This document shows positions 38,011-48,099 of a stretch of 64,000 nucleotides of DNA, one piece after another (position 1 is the first letter of the stretch; every line of letters begins with the position of its first letter). A program made the translations under genes and the position numbers. The notes beneath the pieces are model-generated. The model saw only the letters and a program-made list of their open reading frames with translations. It was not told the origin of the DNA and ran no database searches. The DNA is from Candidatus Kaiserbacteria bacterium RIFOXYB1_FULL_46_14. Lineage in GTDB: Bacteria; Patescibacteriota; Minisyncoccia; Phycocordibacterales; UBA918. The stretch spans positions 21,074 to 85,073 of the forward strand of contig MFMS01000006.1 of the NCBI GenBank assembly GCA_001783525.1, in the 5' to 3' direction.

Positions 38011-38490
38011 CTAGGGGGTAAAAGATGCAGAGACAAGGCCGGTGAGCGCAATAGCAATGGCATCGTACTCGTCGTCAAGGGCAGTGGCGGGTAGATTTTT
38101 TACCAAACGAGGTAGCATTTCCGCCACTGCCCGCTTGTCACTTTTACCATAGCCAGTTACCGCCACTTTTATTTCTTGGGGTCCAAATTCAGTCACTGTA
38201 CAGTTATGACATTTGGCCAGATAGATAACAACTCCGCGCATTTCTGCCACGGCGATAGCGGTGGTGCGGTTTTGATTGAAGAAAAGTTTTTCGATTGCCA
38301 GTTGATTTGGTTGATAGGTGGCAAGTATCTCAACTAGCTGATTACCAAGTTTCTCGATTCGGTCAGCGATTGAACTGTTGCGGTCAGATTGAAGACAGGT
38401 GGAAAAAATCAAGGTTTCTTTTCCATCTTGTTTTTCCATCACCGCCACACCGAGGCGATCATATCCGGGGTCAATGCCGATGATGCGCAT
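38011..38490 (-). CDS. ruvC: Holliday junction resolvase RuvC
   Basis: MRIIGIDPGYDRLGVAV...; RNase H-like fold signature. Confidence 0.9.
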   Translation of the reverse strand: MRIIGIDPGYDRLGVAVMEKQDGKETLIFSTCLQSDRNSSIADRIEKLGNQLVEILATYQPNQLAIEKLFFNQNRTTAIAVAEMRGVVIYLAKCHNCTVTEFGPQEIKVAVTGYGKSDKRAVAEMLPRLVKNLPATALDDEYDAIAIALTGLVSASFTP

Positions 38491-38493
38491 AAT

Positions 38494-39045
38494 TTATTCG
38501 CTAGCACTATCAGGAGTGTCGGCGGTGGTATAGATATCCTGCACGTCGCCCTGTTCTTCAATCGCCTCGATCAACTCCGCTAGTTTCTCCCCGTCGTCTT
38601 CCGACAACTCAACCGGACTCTGAGGAATATAACCTTCAGCAGTCTTGCCAAACGCCCACATAGCCGTTCCGGGTGTACCTAGTTGGTAGCCAGCCTTTGT
38701 AAAAGTATGTCTGATCTCTTGTGAGGTGCGGTTGTTGTTGTCTGTAACAGCAGTAATAATTATTCCGACTCCACCTGGTCCAAACGCTTCGAAGATAACT
38801 TCCTGCAATGACTCACCGCCGGCACCGGCACCTTTGGCAACCGCGCGATCAATGTTGTCTTTTGGCATCGAGTCCTTCTTGGCACGCTCGATCACTGCGG
38901 CAAGGCCAGGTGAATTCACGTCGCCCTTGGCATTGCGTGATTCCATGGCTATCAAAGCCGAGTGTTTTGAAAACACCCGACTCTTTACCGCATCAGTTGC
39001 CGCTTTCTTGTGTTTGATTTTGCTCCACTTATTGTGACCAGACAT
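38494..39045 (-). CDS. yebC: YebC/PmpR family DNA-binding regulator
   Basis: MSGHNKWSKIKHKKAATDA... at the internal Met 39045. The track's longer ORF has an implausible N-extension. Confidence 0.85.
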   Translation of the reverse strand: MSGHNKWSKIKHKKAATDAVKSRVFSKHSALIAMESRNAKGDVNSPGLAAVIERAKKDSMPKDNIDRAVAKGAGAGGESLQEVIFEAFGPGGVGIIITAVTDNNNRTSQEIRHTFTKAGYQLGTPGTAMWAFGKTAEGYIPQSPVELSEDDGEKLAELIEAIEEQGDVQDIYTTADTPDSASE

Positions 39046-39055
39046 GAAATTTAGA

Positions 39056-40033
39056 TTATGAATCGTTAATATGAGAATACGCACTTGCGCTAGCCACACG
39101 GCCGCGGGGGGTGCGCTCCAAAAGGCCGAGACGAATGAGATAAGGTTCAATCACTTCTTCAATAGTGGACTCTTCTTCACCGGTCGCGGCCGCAATGGTG
39201 TTGAGGCCCACTGGCCCACCGCCAAATTTACCAATAATTACTTCCAGTACCGCACGATCTGATTTGTTGAGGCCTAGGTTATCTACATCCAGAAGTCCAA
39301 AGGTGCGCTCGACGATGTCGCGCGACAATGGCACGTTTTCTAGCTGTGCCATATCGCGACAACGTTTCAGAAGGTAGTTGGCAACACGTGGAGTGGCGCG
39401 ACAACGCTTGGCGATGTCTTCAAACACGTCGCTGTCAGCTTCTACACCGAGTAATTTAGCTGACCGAGTGAGAATCGCCTCAAGCTCTGCTTCATTATAA
39501 AAGTCGAGCCGGAAGGTGCCGCCAGAGAAACGAGAGCGTAGCGGAGAAGAGAGAAGGGAAATGCGGGTAGTTGCGGCCACTAGAGTAAAAGGTGGCAGCT
39601 CAAGTTGAACAGTACGCGCCGACGGGCCCTTACCAATGATGATATCTAAAACGCCGGACTCCATTGCTGGATAGAGAACTTCCTCAATCGTCTTGGAAAG
39701 TCGGTGGATCTCGTCGATGAACAAAACATCGCCAGGGGAGAGGTTGGTCAGAATGGCAGCCAAGTCGCCGACCCGCTCAATCGCTGGGCCAGAAGTGATA
39801 CGCATATTGGTGCCAAGTGTTTTGGCGATAAGGTGAGCCAAGGTGGTCTTGCCAAGACCAGGTGGGCCATAAAGCAAAATATGCTCGGCTGAGTGGCCGC
39901 GTTCGCGCGCGGCGGTGAGCAAGATGCGCAGGTTTTCTTTAGTTTTTGCCTGTCCAATATACTCTTCCCAACTCTGCGGCCGCAGAGTCTGATCCAGATT
40001 ACCCGCGCCTTCTTTACTGAAGCCATTTGCCAT
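39056..40033 (-). CDS. ruvB: Holliday junction branch-migration helicase RuvB
   Basis: [12 protein letters not shown]...[14 protein letters not shown]; AAA+. Start placed at Met 40033 because a minus-sense TATAAT (40045-40040) lies 6 nt upstream of it. The track start 40060 sits upstream of that -10. Confidence 0.85.
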   Translation of the reverse strand: MANGFSKEGAGNLDQTLRPQSWEEYIGQAKTKENLRILLTAARERGHSAEHILLYGPPGLGKTTLAHLIAKTLGTNMRITSGPAIERVGDLAAILTNLSPGDVLFIDEIHRLSKTIEEVLYPAMESGVLDIIIGKGPSARTVQLELPPFTLVAATTRISLLSSPLRSRFSGGTFRLDFYNEAELEAILTRSAKLLGVEADSDVFEDIAKRCRATPRVANYLLKRCRDMAQLENVPLSRDIVERTFGLLDVDNLGLNKSDRAVLEVIIGKFGGGPVGLNTIAAATGEEESTIEEVIEPYLIRLGLLERTPRGRVASASAYSHINDS

Positions 40034-40410
40034 CCCGTCATTATACCGAAAACCCCCCATTAGACCGATAGTGACGACGACTTGACAAATTCCTCAAATA
40101 TGCTAAGATGTTAGAGTTCTTAGAAAAGTTTGAAACAAAAAGCGCCGCAACGATCTCGTTGCAGGCGGCTATTTTTTTACTAAATTTTAAGACGTGTTCG
40201 AGACGATAGCTCTCTAAGCAATTGGTTGATGTTGCGAGGACTTCCTGGTCCTTACCATCGAGTGAGCTCGCTGGGTAGCACCTTAGCGCAACGATCACTT
40301 TTATTTTGAAAGCTTGCTTAGAGAACTATATTCTCGAACTCCTCTATACTGCCACGGACTATATCATGTCCGTGGCAGTGTTCGTATTGAACGCTACACG
40401 ATCGCGTGTT

Positions 40411-42084
40411 CTAACCTCTAATCTTAGTTAGATCAACAACTCTCTCGAGTTCGTCAAGAGAAGTGATGCCAGAAAGTACCTTTTCCATACCGTCTTCAGA
40501 CATCAGAGGAATACCCTGTGGGCGTGCGGCTTCCACAATAATGTGTTCGCGAGGGTCACGAATCACTACCTCCTCAACCGCAGGGTCAAGCTTGATTGCT
40601 TCAAAGATACCTTGGCGGCCCTTGTATCCAGTACCACCGCAGACTTCACAGCCGACTGCTTCAAAAATATTAATCTGTTCAAGATTGGCGGGCGGGCTAG
40701 GGTGTCCAGCTAGGATGCGTTTTATAAGAGTACTTTCTTCAGCCGTGGCGGGGCGCTGTCGCTTACACTTTTCACACAACCTACGTACCAAACGTTGCGC
40801 CAGAATAATATTGGCCGCGCTACCGATCATTCGCGAATCCACACCAAGGTCTATAAGACGAGGGAAAGCACCGGCCGCATTGTTGGTATGTAAGGTGGTG
40901 AAAACCAAGTGACCTGTCTGAGCCGCGTGCACTGCGGTCTCAGCCACTTCATTATCACGGATCTCACCGACCATAATAATGTCGGGGTCTTGGCGTAGGA
41001 TGGAGCGTAGGCCTGAAGCAAAAGTATAGTCATCTTCAACTTGTGTCTGTACGATACCTTCGACTTTATATTCAACTGGATCTTCGATGGTGATCACCTT
41101 TACTTCTGGGGTGTGAGCCTGTCGCAGAAAGGCGTACAGCGCCGTCGTCTTACCACTACCGGTAGGACCGGTGGTGATTATCATTCCGTTTGGACGCTTG
41201 AGTTCCTCTGTCATCACTTTGTACATTATTGGATTGAGTCCCAGTTGATCCATATTGAAGCTGGCGACTGACGGATCAAGGAGACGCATCACAGCGCTTT
41301 CTCCAGAACTCCCAGGTATGACAGAAGTACGAACCTCGATTACTTTTTGACTGCTGTCGAAAGTGAAACGTCCGTCTTGCGCCTCGTTTTTAATATTGAG
41401 AATTAGTCCAGCCAGTAGTTTGATGCGGGCAATCAGGCGATCATAGACAGCTCGTTCTAGCTCAACCACATCGTGCAACACTCCGTCTAAGCGAAAACGC
41501 ACACGGACTTTTATCGGTGCCGGTTCGATGTGTATGTCAGAAGCTCCGAGGCCAAGGGCACCAGCAAAGAGTGTTTCTAAAGTAGCGCTTACTCGCCGTG
41601 CCGGATTCAAAGTGCGGATCTCACTGACGTGTTTCGCCACCTGTTCCATGGTAGCAAGGCTTTTCATTAGCTTGTCGATCTCAGCCGGGTCAATATCCAA
41701 GATACCTTTTTTCACTTCGGTAGTTTGGCGTTGGTCGGCATAACGTTCCCAGGCGTGCTCAAGGCTGGCTTCCGAACACATAAAGATAGAAAGTTGCCAG
41801 GCGTTCTCTAACTCGTGAATAAGGGCAATAACTTTTTCGTCATTTGGATTACGAACAGCAACAGAAAGTTTTTTATTGTTTCGCTCAAAGAGTACCGCTC
41901 CCGTTTCGCGGGCCCTTTCTTCAGTGAGCAGGGTCAGTGCGGACGGGTTTATCGAAATACCGCGCAAGTTCACATAGCTGTAACCTTGCTTGCCGGCCAA
42001 AGCCTTGACCAGACTCTCTTCTTCACTCTGTCGAAACTCCTGGTAGCGGCGGCCTTCTAGTACGTGTTCATCAAACTTCAACAT
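40411..42084 (-). CDS. pilB: Type IV pilus assembly / type II secretion ATPase (PilB/GspE family)
   Basis: 557 aa, Walker A GPTGSGKTT, Asp box, His box, C-terminal CxxC...CxxC tetracysteine. Confidence 0.88.
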   Translation of the reverse strand: MLKFDEHVLEGRRYQEFRQSEEESLVKALAGKQGYSYVNLRGISINPSALTLLTEERARETGAVLFERNNKKLSVAVRNPNDEKVIALIHELENAWQLSIFMCSEASLEHAWERYADQRQTTEVKKGILDIDPAEIDKLMKSLATMEQVAKHVSEIRTLNPARRVSATLETLFAGALGLGASDIHIEPAPIKVRVRFRLDGVLHDVVELERAVYDRLIARIKLLAGLILNIKNEAQDGRFTFDSSQKVIEVRTSVIPGSSGESAVMRLLDPSVASFNMDQLGLNPIMYKVMTEELKRPNGMIITTGPTGSGKTTALYAFLRQAHTPEVKVITIEDPVEYKVEGIVQTQVEDDYTFASGLRSILRQDPDIIMVGEIRDNEVAETAVHAAQTGHLVFTTLHTNNAAGAFPRLIDLGVDSRMIGSAANIILAQRLVRRLCEKCKRQRPATAEESTLIKRILAGHPSPPANLEQINIFEAVGCEVCGGTGYKGRQGIFEAIKLDPAVEEVVIRDPREHIIVEAARPQGIPLMSEDGMEKVLSGITSLDELERVVDLTKIRG

Positions 42085-42170
42085 ATGTCTAGTTTAAAGT
42101 TGAAAGCTTAAAGTTGAAAGCGTTGTTATGGGAGAAGTGCAAGGAGATGTGGAAATGGTAGGATGGTCGG

Positions 42171-42626
42171 ATGAAAGACCGACAGTGGGACATCACTGAT
42201 CTCTCCGATCTGGAGCAGGCAGCCAAGGAAATACTACAAGGCTTGGCAGTGGCGCCGCGGCCGGCTCCGCCGGCCGCAATGGTGCTCGCTCTTCATGGCG
42301 ATCTTGGTGCGGGTAAAACCACTTTCGTTCAAATTCTGGCTAAACACTTAGGAGTAAGTGAGTCAGTCACTAGTCCTACCTTTGTGATAATGAAGAAGTA
42401 TCAGACGACCGATAAGCAATTTTCTACCTTGGTACACATTGATGCTTATCGTTTGGAGAGTGCTGATGAGCTGACAGTCTTGGGTTTTGCTGAGGAGTTG
42501 TCCCGCGGCGATACTATTATATGTATCGAGTGGGCAGAGAGAGTAGCTGATCTGCTACCGCCTTCGACGCAGAATTTGCAGTTTGCTATTGATTCAGACA
42601 ACCATCGCTCTCTAACACTGGAATGA
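42171..42626 (+). CDS. tsaE: tRNA threonylcarbamoyladenosine biosynthesis protein TsaE
   Basis: P-loop GDLGAGKTTFVQ; ~150 aa; overlaps the polA start by 4 nt. Confidence 0.8.
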   Translation: MKDRQWDITDLSDLEQAAKEILQGLAVAPRPAPPAAMVLALHGDLGAGKTTFVQILAKHLGVSESVTSPTFVIMKKYQTTDKQFSTLVHIDAYRLESADELTVLGFAEELSRGDTIICIEWAERVADLLPPSTQNLQFAIDSDNHRSLTLE

Positions 42627-45007
42627 AAAGCAAGGATAAAAAAACTTTAGTCCTCCTCGACGCGCATGCTATTTTGCACCGCGCTTATCATGCATTGCCG
42701 GAATTTACTTCTCCTAAAGGTGAGCCGACCGGCGCACTCTTTGGAATGGTATCAATCCTCATTAAGATCATTGAAGACTTAAAGCCGGACTTTGTTGTCG
42801 CTTGTTACGACCTACCGGAGCCGACTTACCGACATCAGGCGTTTGAAGGTTACAAAGCCAAACGCGCCAAGACCGATGACTCACTCATTGATCAGATAGA
42901 ACGCTCACGCGATCTGCTCAGGGTTTTAAATATTCCGATTTACGAACATCCGGGTTTTGAGGCTGATGATATGCTCGGCACGATAGTGAAGAAATTGGAA
43001 AAAGAAAAGGATCTAGATATCATCATCGCTTCGGGCGATATGGACACGCTGCAACTAATAGAAGGGGAGCGGGTACGGGTGTTTACACAACGTAAAGGTG
43101 CCGAAGTGGTAATGTTCGACGAGAAGGCAGTTAAGCAAAAATTTGGTTTCGCACCCGTGCTCACTATCGACTTCAAAGGTTTACGGGGTGACGCTTCGGA
43201 TAACATCCCGGGCGTCCCTGGTGTGGGCGAGGGAAGTGCGCTTAAACTGGTTGGAACATTCGGCACGATCGAGAAGATTTATATAGCGATCAAAAAATAC
43301 GGCACGGAGGGGGTCGCCAAACGTTCTGGAGTGCAGAAACGTTTTGTAGATAAAGTTGCAGCACACGAAGAAGACGCACATTTTTCTAAAATGTTGGCTA
43401 CTATCCGCACCGACGCACCGATTGAGTTTGAATTGTCAGAGCAACCATGGCGCGATGGGGTGGACACGGGTGCCGCGCTAGCTCTGATGAGTGAACTTGG
43501 CTTTCGTTCACCAACTGCCCGTTTCAAACAACTCATGAACATAAAGGAAGATGTCCAATCTAGCGGCGATGTTTCGCAGTCGCAAATAGCGGAAGCGGCA
43601 GTTATGTTGTGGCTCCTTGAAAGTGATCGCACTAATCCCACCTACGAAGACATCATTGATTATGGTCGTTCGTTCTTCGGTACTACTACCTGGTCGGACA
43701 TAGTAAAAAAGTTAGAAGAAGCACTCAAAGACCAAGGTCTGTGGGACGTGTTTGCTTTGATTGATAAGCCGCTCTTACCAGTCATCGACAAGATGAATGC
43801 AACTGGCATTAGGCTTGATGTTGATTACTTAAAAGAATTGTCTGACTCATTTCATACTGAGTTAGCGGCACTTCAGAAAAATATTTTTAAGTTGGCCGGG
43901 GAAGAGTTCAACATAAATTCACCGAAACAACTGGGCGTTGTGATTTACGATAAGCTCGGTCTTTCGCCGGCGCGCGCAAAAAAGACTGCCACTGGCGCGC
44001 GCTCCACTCGCGAGAGTGAACTTTCACAGATGCTCGATAGTCACCCGATCATTAGTGAACTACTGCGTTATCGTGAGCTATCAAAACTCGTTTCAACTTA
44101 TGTCGATAACCTACCGAAAATGGTGGGGGAGGATGGCCGCCTGCGTACTACCTTTTTACCGACTGGTACAGTGACTGGCCGGATTGGTTCACGCGATCCT
44201 AATCTCCAAAACATCCCGATTCGAACAGAAGAAGGACAGAAGGTTAGGCACGCCTTTGTGGCATCAAGCGGATACAAGTTGGTCTCGATAGACTATTCAC
44301 AAATTGAACTTCGTCTGGCAGCAATTCTCTCTGATGACGAGAGACTGATCGATATCTTCAAACGTGGAGAAGATGTTCACCGCGGCGTGGCAGTGCGGGT
44401 GTTTGGTGTTGCGCCGGACAGTGTAACGACAGATCAACGTCGGGCTGCCAAGGTCATAAACTTCGGCATACTGTATGGAATGGGAGTAAATGCCCTTCGT
44501 CAAAACTTGGGAGAGGGCACCTCACGAGAGGAGGCTCAAGAATTCTTAAACGCCTATTTCAATACCTTCACTCGTTTGGCAGAGTATCTCGAAGAGACAA
44601 AAGCTTTTGCTAGAAAAAATGGTTACACGGAAACGATGTTTGGTCGTCGTCGTTATTTCCCTGGTATTACTTCGTATGCACCAATGCTTCGCGCTAGCGC
44701 AGAGAGAATGGCGATCAATGCACCGATTCAAGGTACTGAGGGTGACTTGCTTCGTCTAGCACTTCTTGCGCTTGATCAATATATTACAAAGCACAAACTA
44801 GAAGGTGATGTAAAAATGCTGCTTCAAGTGCACGACGAATTAGTTTTTGAAATTAAAGAAGATTTAGTTGAGGAAGTTGTCCCAGAACTAGCAAGAATAA
44901 TGAGCGAAGTTTTGAAAGATAAAGATACTAAGGGTGTGCCGATTAATGTTGAAGCCAAACTGGGCGACAATTGGGCGGAAATGAAAAAAGTTGAAATCTC
45001 AAATTAA
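42623..45007 (+). CDS. polA: DNA polymerase I
   Basis: N-terminal 5'-3' exonuclease (LLDAHAILHRAYHAL), C-terminal family A polymerase motifs (DYSQIELR, QVHDELVFE). Confidence 0.92.
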   Translation: MKSKDKKTLVLLDAHAILHRAYHALPEFTSPKGEPTGALFGMVSILIKIIEDLKPDFVVACYDLPEPTYRHQAFEGYKAKRAKTDDSLIDQIERSRDLLRVLNIPIYEHPGFEADDMLGTIVKKLEKEKDLDIIIASGDMDTLQLIEGERVRVFTQRKGAEVVMFDEKAVKQKFGFAPVLTIDFKGLRGDASDNIPGVPGVGEGSALKLVGTFGTIEKIYIAIKKYGTEGVAKRSGVQKRFVDKVAAHEEDAHFSKMLATIRTDAPIEFELSEQPWRDGVDTGAALALMSELGFRSPTARFKQLMNIKEDVQSSGDVSQSQIAEAAVMLWLLESDRTNPTYEDIIDYGRSFFGTTTWSDIVKKLEEALKDQGLWDVFALIDKPLLPVIDKMNATGIRLDVDYLKELSDSFHTELAALQKNIFKLAGEEFNINSPKQLGVVIYDKLGLSPARAKKTATGARSTRESELSQMLDSHPIISELLRYRELSKLVSTYVDNLPKMVGEDGRLRTTFLPTGTVTGRIGSRDPNLQNIPIRTEEGQKVRHAFVASSGYKLVSIDYSQIELRLAAILSDDERLIDIFKRGEDVHRGVAVRVFGVAPDSVTTDQRRAAKVINFGILYGMGVNALRQNLGEGTSREEAQEFLNAYFNTFTRLAEYLEETKAFARKNGYTETMFGRRRYFPGITSYAPMLRASAERMAINAPIQGTEGDLLRLALLALDQYITKHKLEGDVKMLLQVHDELVFEIKEDLVEEVVPELARIMSEVLKDKDTKGVPINVEAKLGDNWAEMKKVEISN

Positions 45008-45012
45008 AACTT

Positions 45013-45711
45013 ATGCTTAAAGTGTTCTGTGGTAACGACCAAATCAAAGTGCGACAACAAGCGCTTAGTTTTGTTGAACAGTTACGTGAGCAAGGATTGT
45101 CGATCGAGGCAATCGATAGCGACAATTATGAGTCGGGCAAGATCACCGAAGCGGCGGTAAAGGTGTCGCTTTTTGGCGGAGAAATGGCATGCCTTATAGA
45201 TATGCCTTCTATGGATAAAGAGATGTCTGCGGAAGTCACTGAAAACCTTGCCGTGTTGGCAAAATCCCAGCATCACTTTGTGGTGATCGAAGGGGCGTTA
45301 TTGGCCGATGAGAAAAAACTGTGGAGTAAGCACGCGGAGGTAGAGGAGAGCAAAGCGGGGGCGGCCACACGTTTTAATACTTTTGCGCTTGCCGACGCTT
45401 TGGCAAGGCGCGACCGCAAGTCACTCTGGCTGATTTGGAATGAAGCACGCCTATCTGGTATTGCGACTGAAGAGTTGGTGGGTATTCTATGGTGGCAGTT
45501 GAAGTCGCTACGTTTGGCGGCCTTAACCAAGAGCGCCGAAGAGGCAGGGATGAAAGATTATCCGTATCAAAAAGCGAAGCGTGCTCTCCTTAAATTTAAG
45601 GCAGATGAAACGGAGACGTTGTCTCATGTATTACTCGATACCTATCATCAGAGTCGTTTGGGAGGATTGGATCTGGATTTGGCCATTGAACGATGGCTTC
45701 TCCGTGTTTGA
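45013..45711 (+). CDS. Hypothetical protein, possibly a short DNA polymerase III delta subunit (HolA-like)
   Basis: Position directly after polA; weak pattern similarity to HolA N- and C-terminal regions. Confidence 0.3.
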   Translation: MLKVFCGNDQIKVRQQALSFVEQLREQGLSIEAIDSDNYESGKITEAAVKVSLFGGEMACLIDMPSMDKEMSAEVTENLAVLAKSQHHFVVIEGALLADEKKLWSKHAEVEESKAGAATRFNTFALADALARRDRKSLWLIWNEARLSGIATEELVGILWWQLKSLRLAALTKSAEEAGMKDYPYQKAKRALLKFKADETETLSHVLLDTYHQSRLGGLDLDLAIERWLLRV

Positions 45712-45753
45712 AGCATTGAAAAATGCACTAGACGCGGGTATAGTGTGCCCATC

Positions 45754-45826
45754 CCGCCTATAGCTCAGCTGGTAGAGCAGGTCCCTTTTAAGGACAAGGT
45801 CCCAGGTTCGATCCCTGGTGGGCGGA
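45754..45826 (+). tRNA. tRNA-Lys(TTT)
   Basis: Acceptor CCGCCTA/TGGGCGG, D-arm TAGCTCAGCTGGTAGAGCA, anticodon loop CTTTTAA, T-loop GGTTCGATCCC. Confidence 0.85.
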
Positions 45827-45877
45827 CGAGTACAAAAACGAGCACGCGTAAGCGTGCCGTTTTTGTTCGTCCGCCCA
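45819..45877 (+). terminator. Long palindromic terminator incorporating the tRNA-Lys 3' end
   Basis: tgggcggacga.g.tacaaaaacg-[gcacgcgtaagcgtgc]-cgtttttgt.tcgtccgccca. The outer arms are the tRNA acceptor 3' strand and its inverted copy. Confidence 0.65.
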
Positions 45878-45902
45878 CAGCAACAGTCTGGGGGACTGTT
45901 GC

Positions 45903-46105
45903 GTCAGGGATCGAAAACCTTTTGAGATATTTTGGAAGCGAAGCTGAACAAAATATCCAAAAGGTGTACTGCTCCGTAGGAGAGATACCCTGGTGGGCGG
46001 ATGTCTGTCAGGGATCGAAGGGGTTGCCAGGTATTTTGTGAACGAAGAGAAACAAAATAGCGACAACCCATACTGCCCTGTAAGGGAGATCTCCTAGTGG
46101 CCGGA
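45903..46105 (+). repeat. Two tandem ~99-nt structured repeat units, each ending with a copy of the tRNA-Lys 3'-terminal 14 nt
   Basis: Unit A is 45903-46001 and unit B is 46007-46105, ~65% identical. Each starts gtcagggatcgaa (inverted T-arm) and ends ccctggtgggcgga or cctagtggccgga. Each has an internal 16-bp hairpin whose stem sequence differs between units while pairing is kept. Confidence 0.6.
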
Positions 46106-46162
46106 CCTACTTTTAGCTGCGGTTCCCAAACAAATTTTGTGCTAGTATCCTCGGATTAATTT

Positions 46163-46624
46163 ATGCAAAAAATAGTCATCCTCGACAATATTCGTAGTGC
46201 TCATAATGTCGGCTCAATCTTTCGTACTGCCGATGGGGCAGGGGTGTCCAAAATTTATCTCGTTGGTTATACACCAACACCGCGCGATCGCTTCGGCCGT
46301 GTGTCGCCGGAAATTTCAAAGACCTCACTCGGTGCGACTGAAACCGTGGGGTGGGAACATATCGATAACGAAGCCGTGCCAGTTTTGCTGACGCGGCTTC
46401 GGTCAGAGGGTTTTCAAATAGTCGCAATCGAACAAACTCCAAGATCAATCTTTTTGCAGGATTTTGTTTTACCCGAAAAGGTCGTTTATGTATTTGGTAA
46501 CGAGATCGATGGGGTAAGTACAGCTTTTCTCGAGGCCGTTGATACAGTTGTAGAAATCCCAATGCACGGATCAAAAGAATCTCTCAATGTCTCTGTGACC
46601 GCCGGTATTGTTTTGTTTAAGTAG
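46163..46624 (+). CDS. SpoU/TrmH-family RNA 2'-O-methyltransferase
   Basis: 153 aa, SAHNVGSIFRTADGAG and a C-terminal knot region. Confidence 0.8.
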   Translation: MQKIVILDNIRSAHNVGSIFRTADGAGVSKIYLVGYTPTPRDRFGRVSPEISKTSLGATETVGWEHIDNEAVPVLLTRLRSEGFQIVAIEQTPRSIFLQDFVLPEKVVYVFGNEIDGVSTAFLEAVDTVVEIPMHGSKESLNVSVTAGIVLFK

Positions 46625-46743
46625 ATTACTCCACCATCACCTCCACCCCTCTCTCATCCACCCGCTGGATGCTCCTTTAGACAAATTTATTTTAAAGTGG
46701 TATTACTTGGTTAGGTAACAACTCCAAAAAGGGAGAGTAGAAG

Positions 46744-47454
46744 ATGTCGATCTTTGTAAAGGTACTGGTACTCGCGGTTTTCTTCCTCGTCGCCTTGGTC
46801 ATCAGTCCCAAGGCTAAGGCTGAAGAAGATTTCGATCTCTTCGGTATGGCGGCGCGCACGGGCGTATTTTTCTTGGATCGTGGCACGTTGGACGACGTCG
46901 AAACAGTACAAGAAATATTCTACAACCATGGATACGACGTCGTTGTCGATGGAAACTATGGTCCAAAGACAGAGAAAGCGATTCGCAAACTCCAGTCCAA
47001 CACGGGGCAACCTGAAACTGGTATTCTCGAGTATCATCAATGGCTTTCCCTCAAAGCCGCAGCACTACCGAAAAGCTGGGGGGCACTCAGCGCTTCAATC
47101 GACGGCAAGTTCGGCGAAGCGCACAACAAGAGCAGTCGTGCTCTCGCCGAGCAGATTGCACAGCGCCGTTGTGAGAGATATACGAAGCGGGGATGCATTG
47201 TTATATCAATCGCCGACAACGGCTGGTCCGTCGCCAGATGGTGCAAGAAGAAAAATACAACTTGGATTTTCATGGGTGCAAGCACGGTCAACTATCAGAC
47301 AGCCCATGAAGAACTCCTGAGACAAGCCGCTGGCGTTGATCCAGAGATCGCCTTCGGCGGGAAATGTTTCAAGCAGATCGAACACAATGCCAAAGCCGGC
47401 TTCCTCGATGACATGGAAGATTGGCAGCTCGGCGGGATTGAACACGAAGATTAA
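46744..47454 (+). CDS. Secreted peptidoglycan-binding domain + DUF4189-like protein
   Basis: Signal peptide; PG_binding_1-like region (YGPKTEKAIRKLQSNTGQPETGILEYHQW); C-terminal WGALSAS...RRCERYTKRGCIVIS...ARWCKK, a Cys pattern like DUF4189. Higher GC than its surroundings. Confidence 0.5.
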   Translation: MSIFVKVLVLAVFFLVALVISPKAKAEEDFDLFGMAARTGVFFLDRGTLDDVETVQEIFYNHGYDVVVDGNYGPKTEKAIRKLQSNTGQPETGILEYHQWLSLKAAALPKSWGALSASIDGKFGEAHNKSSRALAEQIAQRRCERYTKRGCIVISIADNGWSVARWCKKKNTTWIFMGASTVNYQTAHEELLRQAAGVDPEIAFGGKCFKQIEHNAKAGFLDDMEDWQLGGIEHED

Positions 47455-47575
47455 GGGCAAGTTACTATTCAGGCCGGAGCGCTACGCGCACCGGCCTTTG
47501 CTTTTTCCCCAAAAATGTGTTACTGTATTCAGGCCATGTCGCACTGGGCGGCACGGTAAACAAAAGGATAGTCCA

Positions 47576-47773
47576 ATGACAACGATACTCCTCGCAATAG
47601 CACTCGTTCTTCAACTATCGTCGGGCAAGGCAGAGGCAGAGCCTCTCAAATGCTTTGATCTAGATGAGGGACAAAGAGTGTGTATCGAGGAAGAGGGAGA
47701 CATGTCGGCCGCGCCGACGAATGAACTCCCCGTAATCGACGAGATAGAGAAGGTCGCTTACTACAACATCTAG
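47576..47773 (+). CDS. Small secreted hypothetical protein (65 aa)
   Basis: Signal peptide MTTILLAIALVLQLSSGKAEA. RBS AAAGGA. Followed by a terminator at ~47918-47958. Confidence 0.4.
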   Translation: MTTILLAIALVLQLSSGKAEAEPLKCFDLDEGQRVCIEEEGDMSAAPTNELPVIDEIEKVAYYNI

Positions 47774-48013
47774 TTGTGGAAAAGAACTTCTCGGGTGTAG
47801 GGCGGGCTATTGCTCGCCCTACATACCCATAATCTCTTGCCATATTTCCAGCGATGGTGTATGGTGAATGTAAAGGTCTTGGACGCCTTTGTTTCAGCCC
47901 CAGTACGATCCCCGCGATCGTCATATAGCCGGAGCGCAACCTTATCCCAGTTTGGTTGCCTCCGGCTTTTTTTATTTATTCCACCGCATATGTTGGCGGG
48001 GTAACTCAACCGC

Positions 48014-48041
48014 TTGACAATTGGCGGTAGTTGTGTATAAT
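48014..48041 (+). promoter_or_regulatory. Perfect consensus sigma70-type promoter
   Basis: TTGACA (48014-48019), 16-nt spacer, TATAAT (48036-48041). Strong SD AGGAGG at 48085-48090 with ATG at 48100. Confidence 0.65.
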
Positions 48042-48099
48042 AGATGACAGAAAGCCTTGGGAAAACCCACGGCTAAAGTAAGGCCAGGAGGCCAAAAAG

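Noticed and set aside
40041-40298. 85-aa minus-strand ORF overlapping the ruvB start/promoter region
   Set aside because: It overlaps the ruvB N-terminus and promoter, has no domain and no RBS. The ruvB start was reassigned to 40033 instead.
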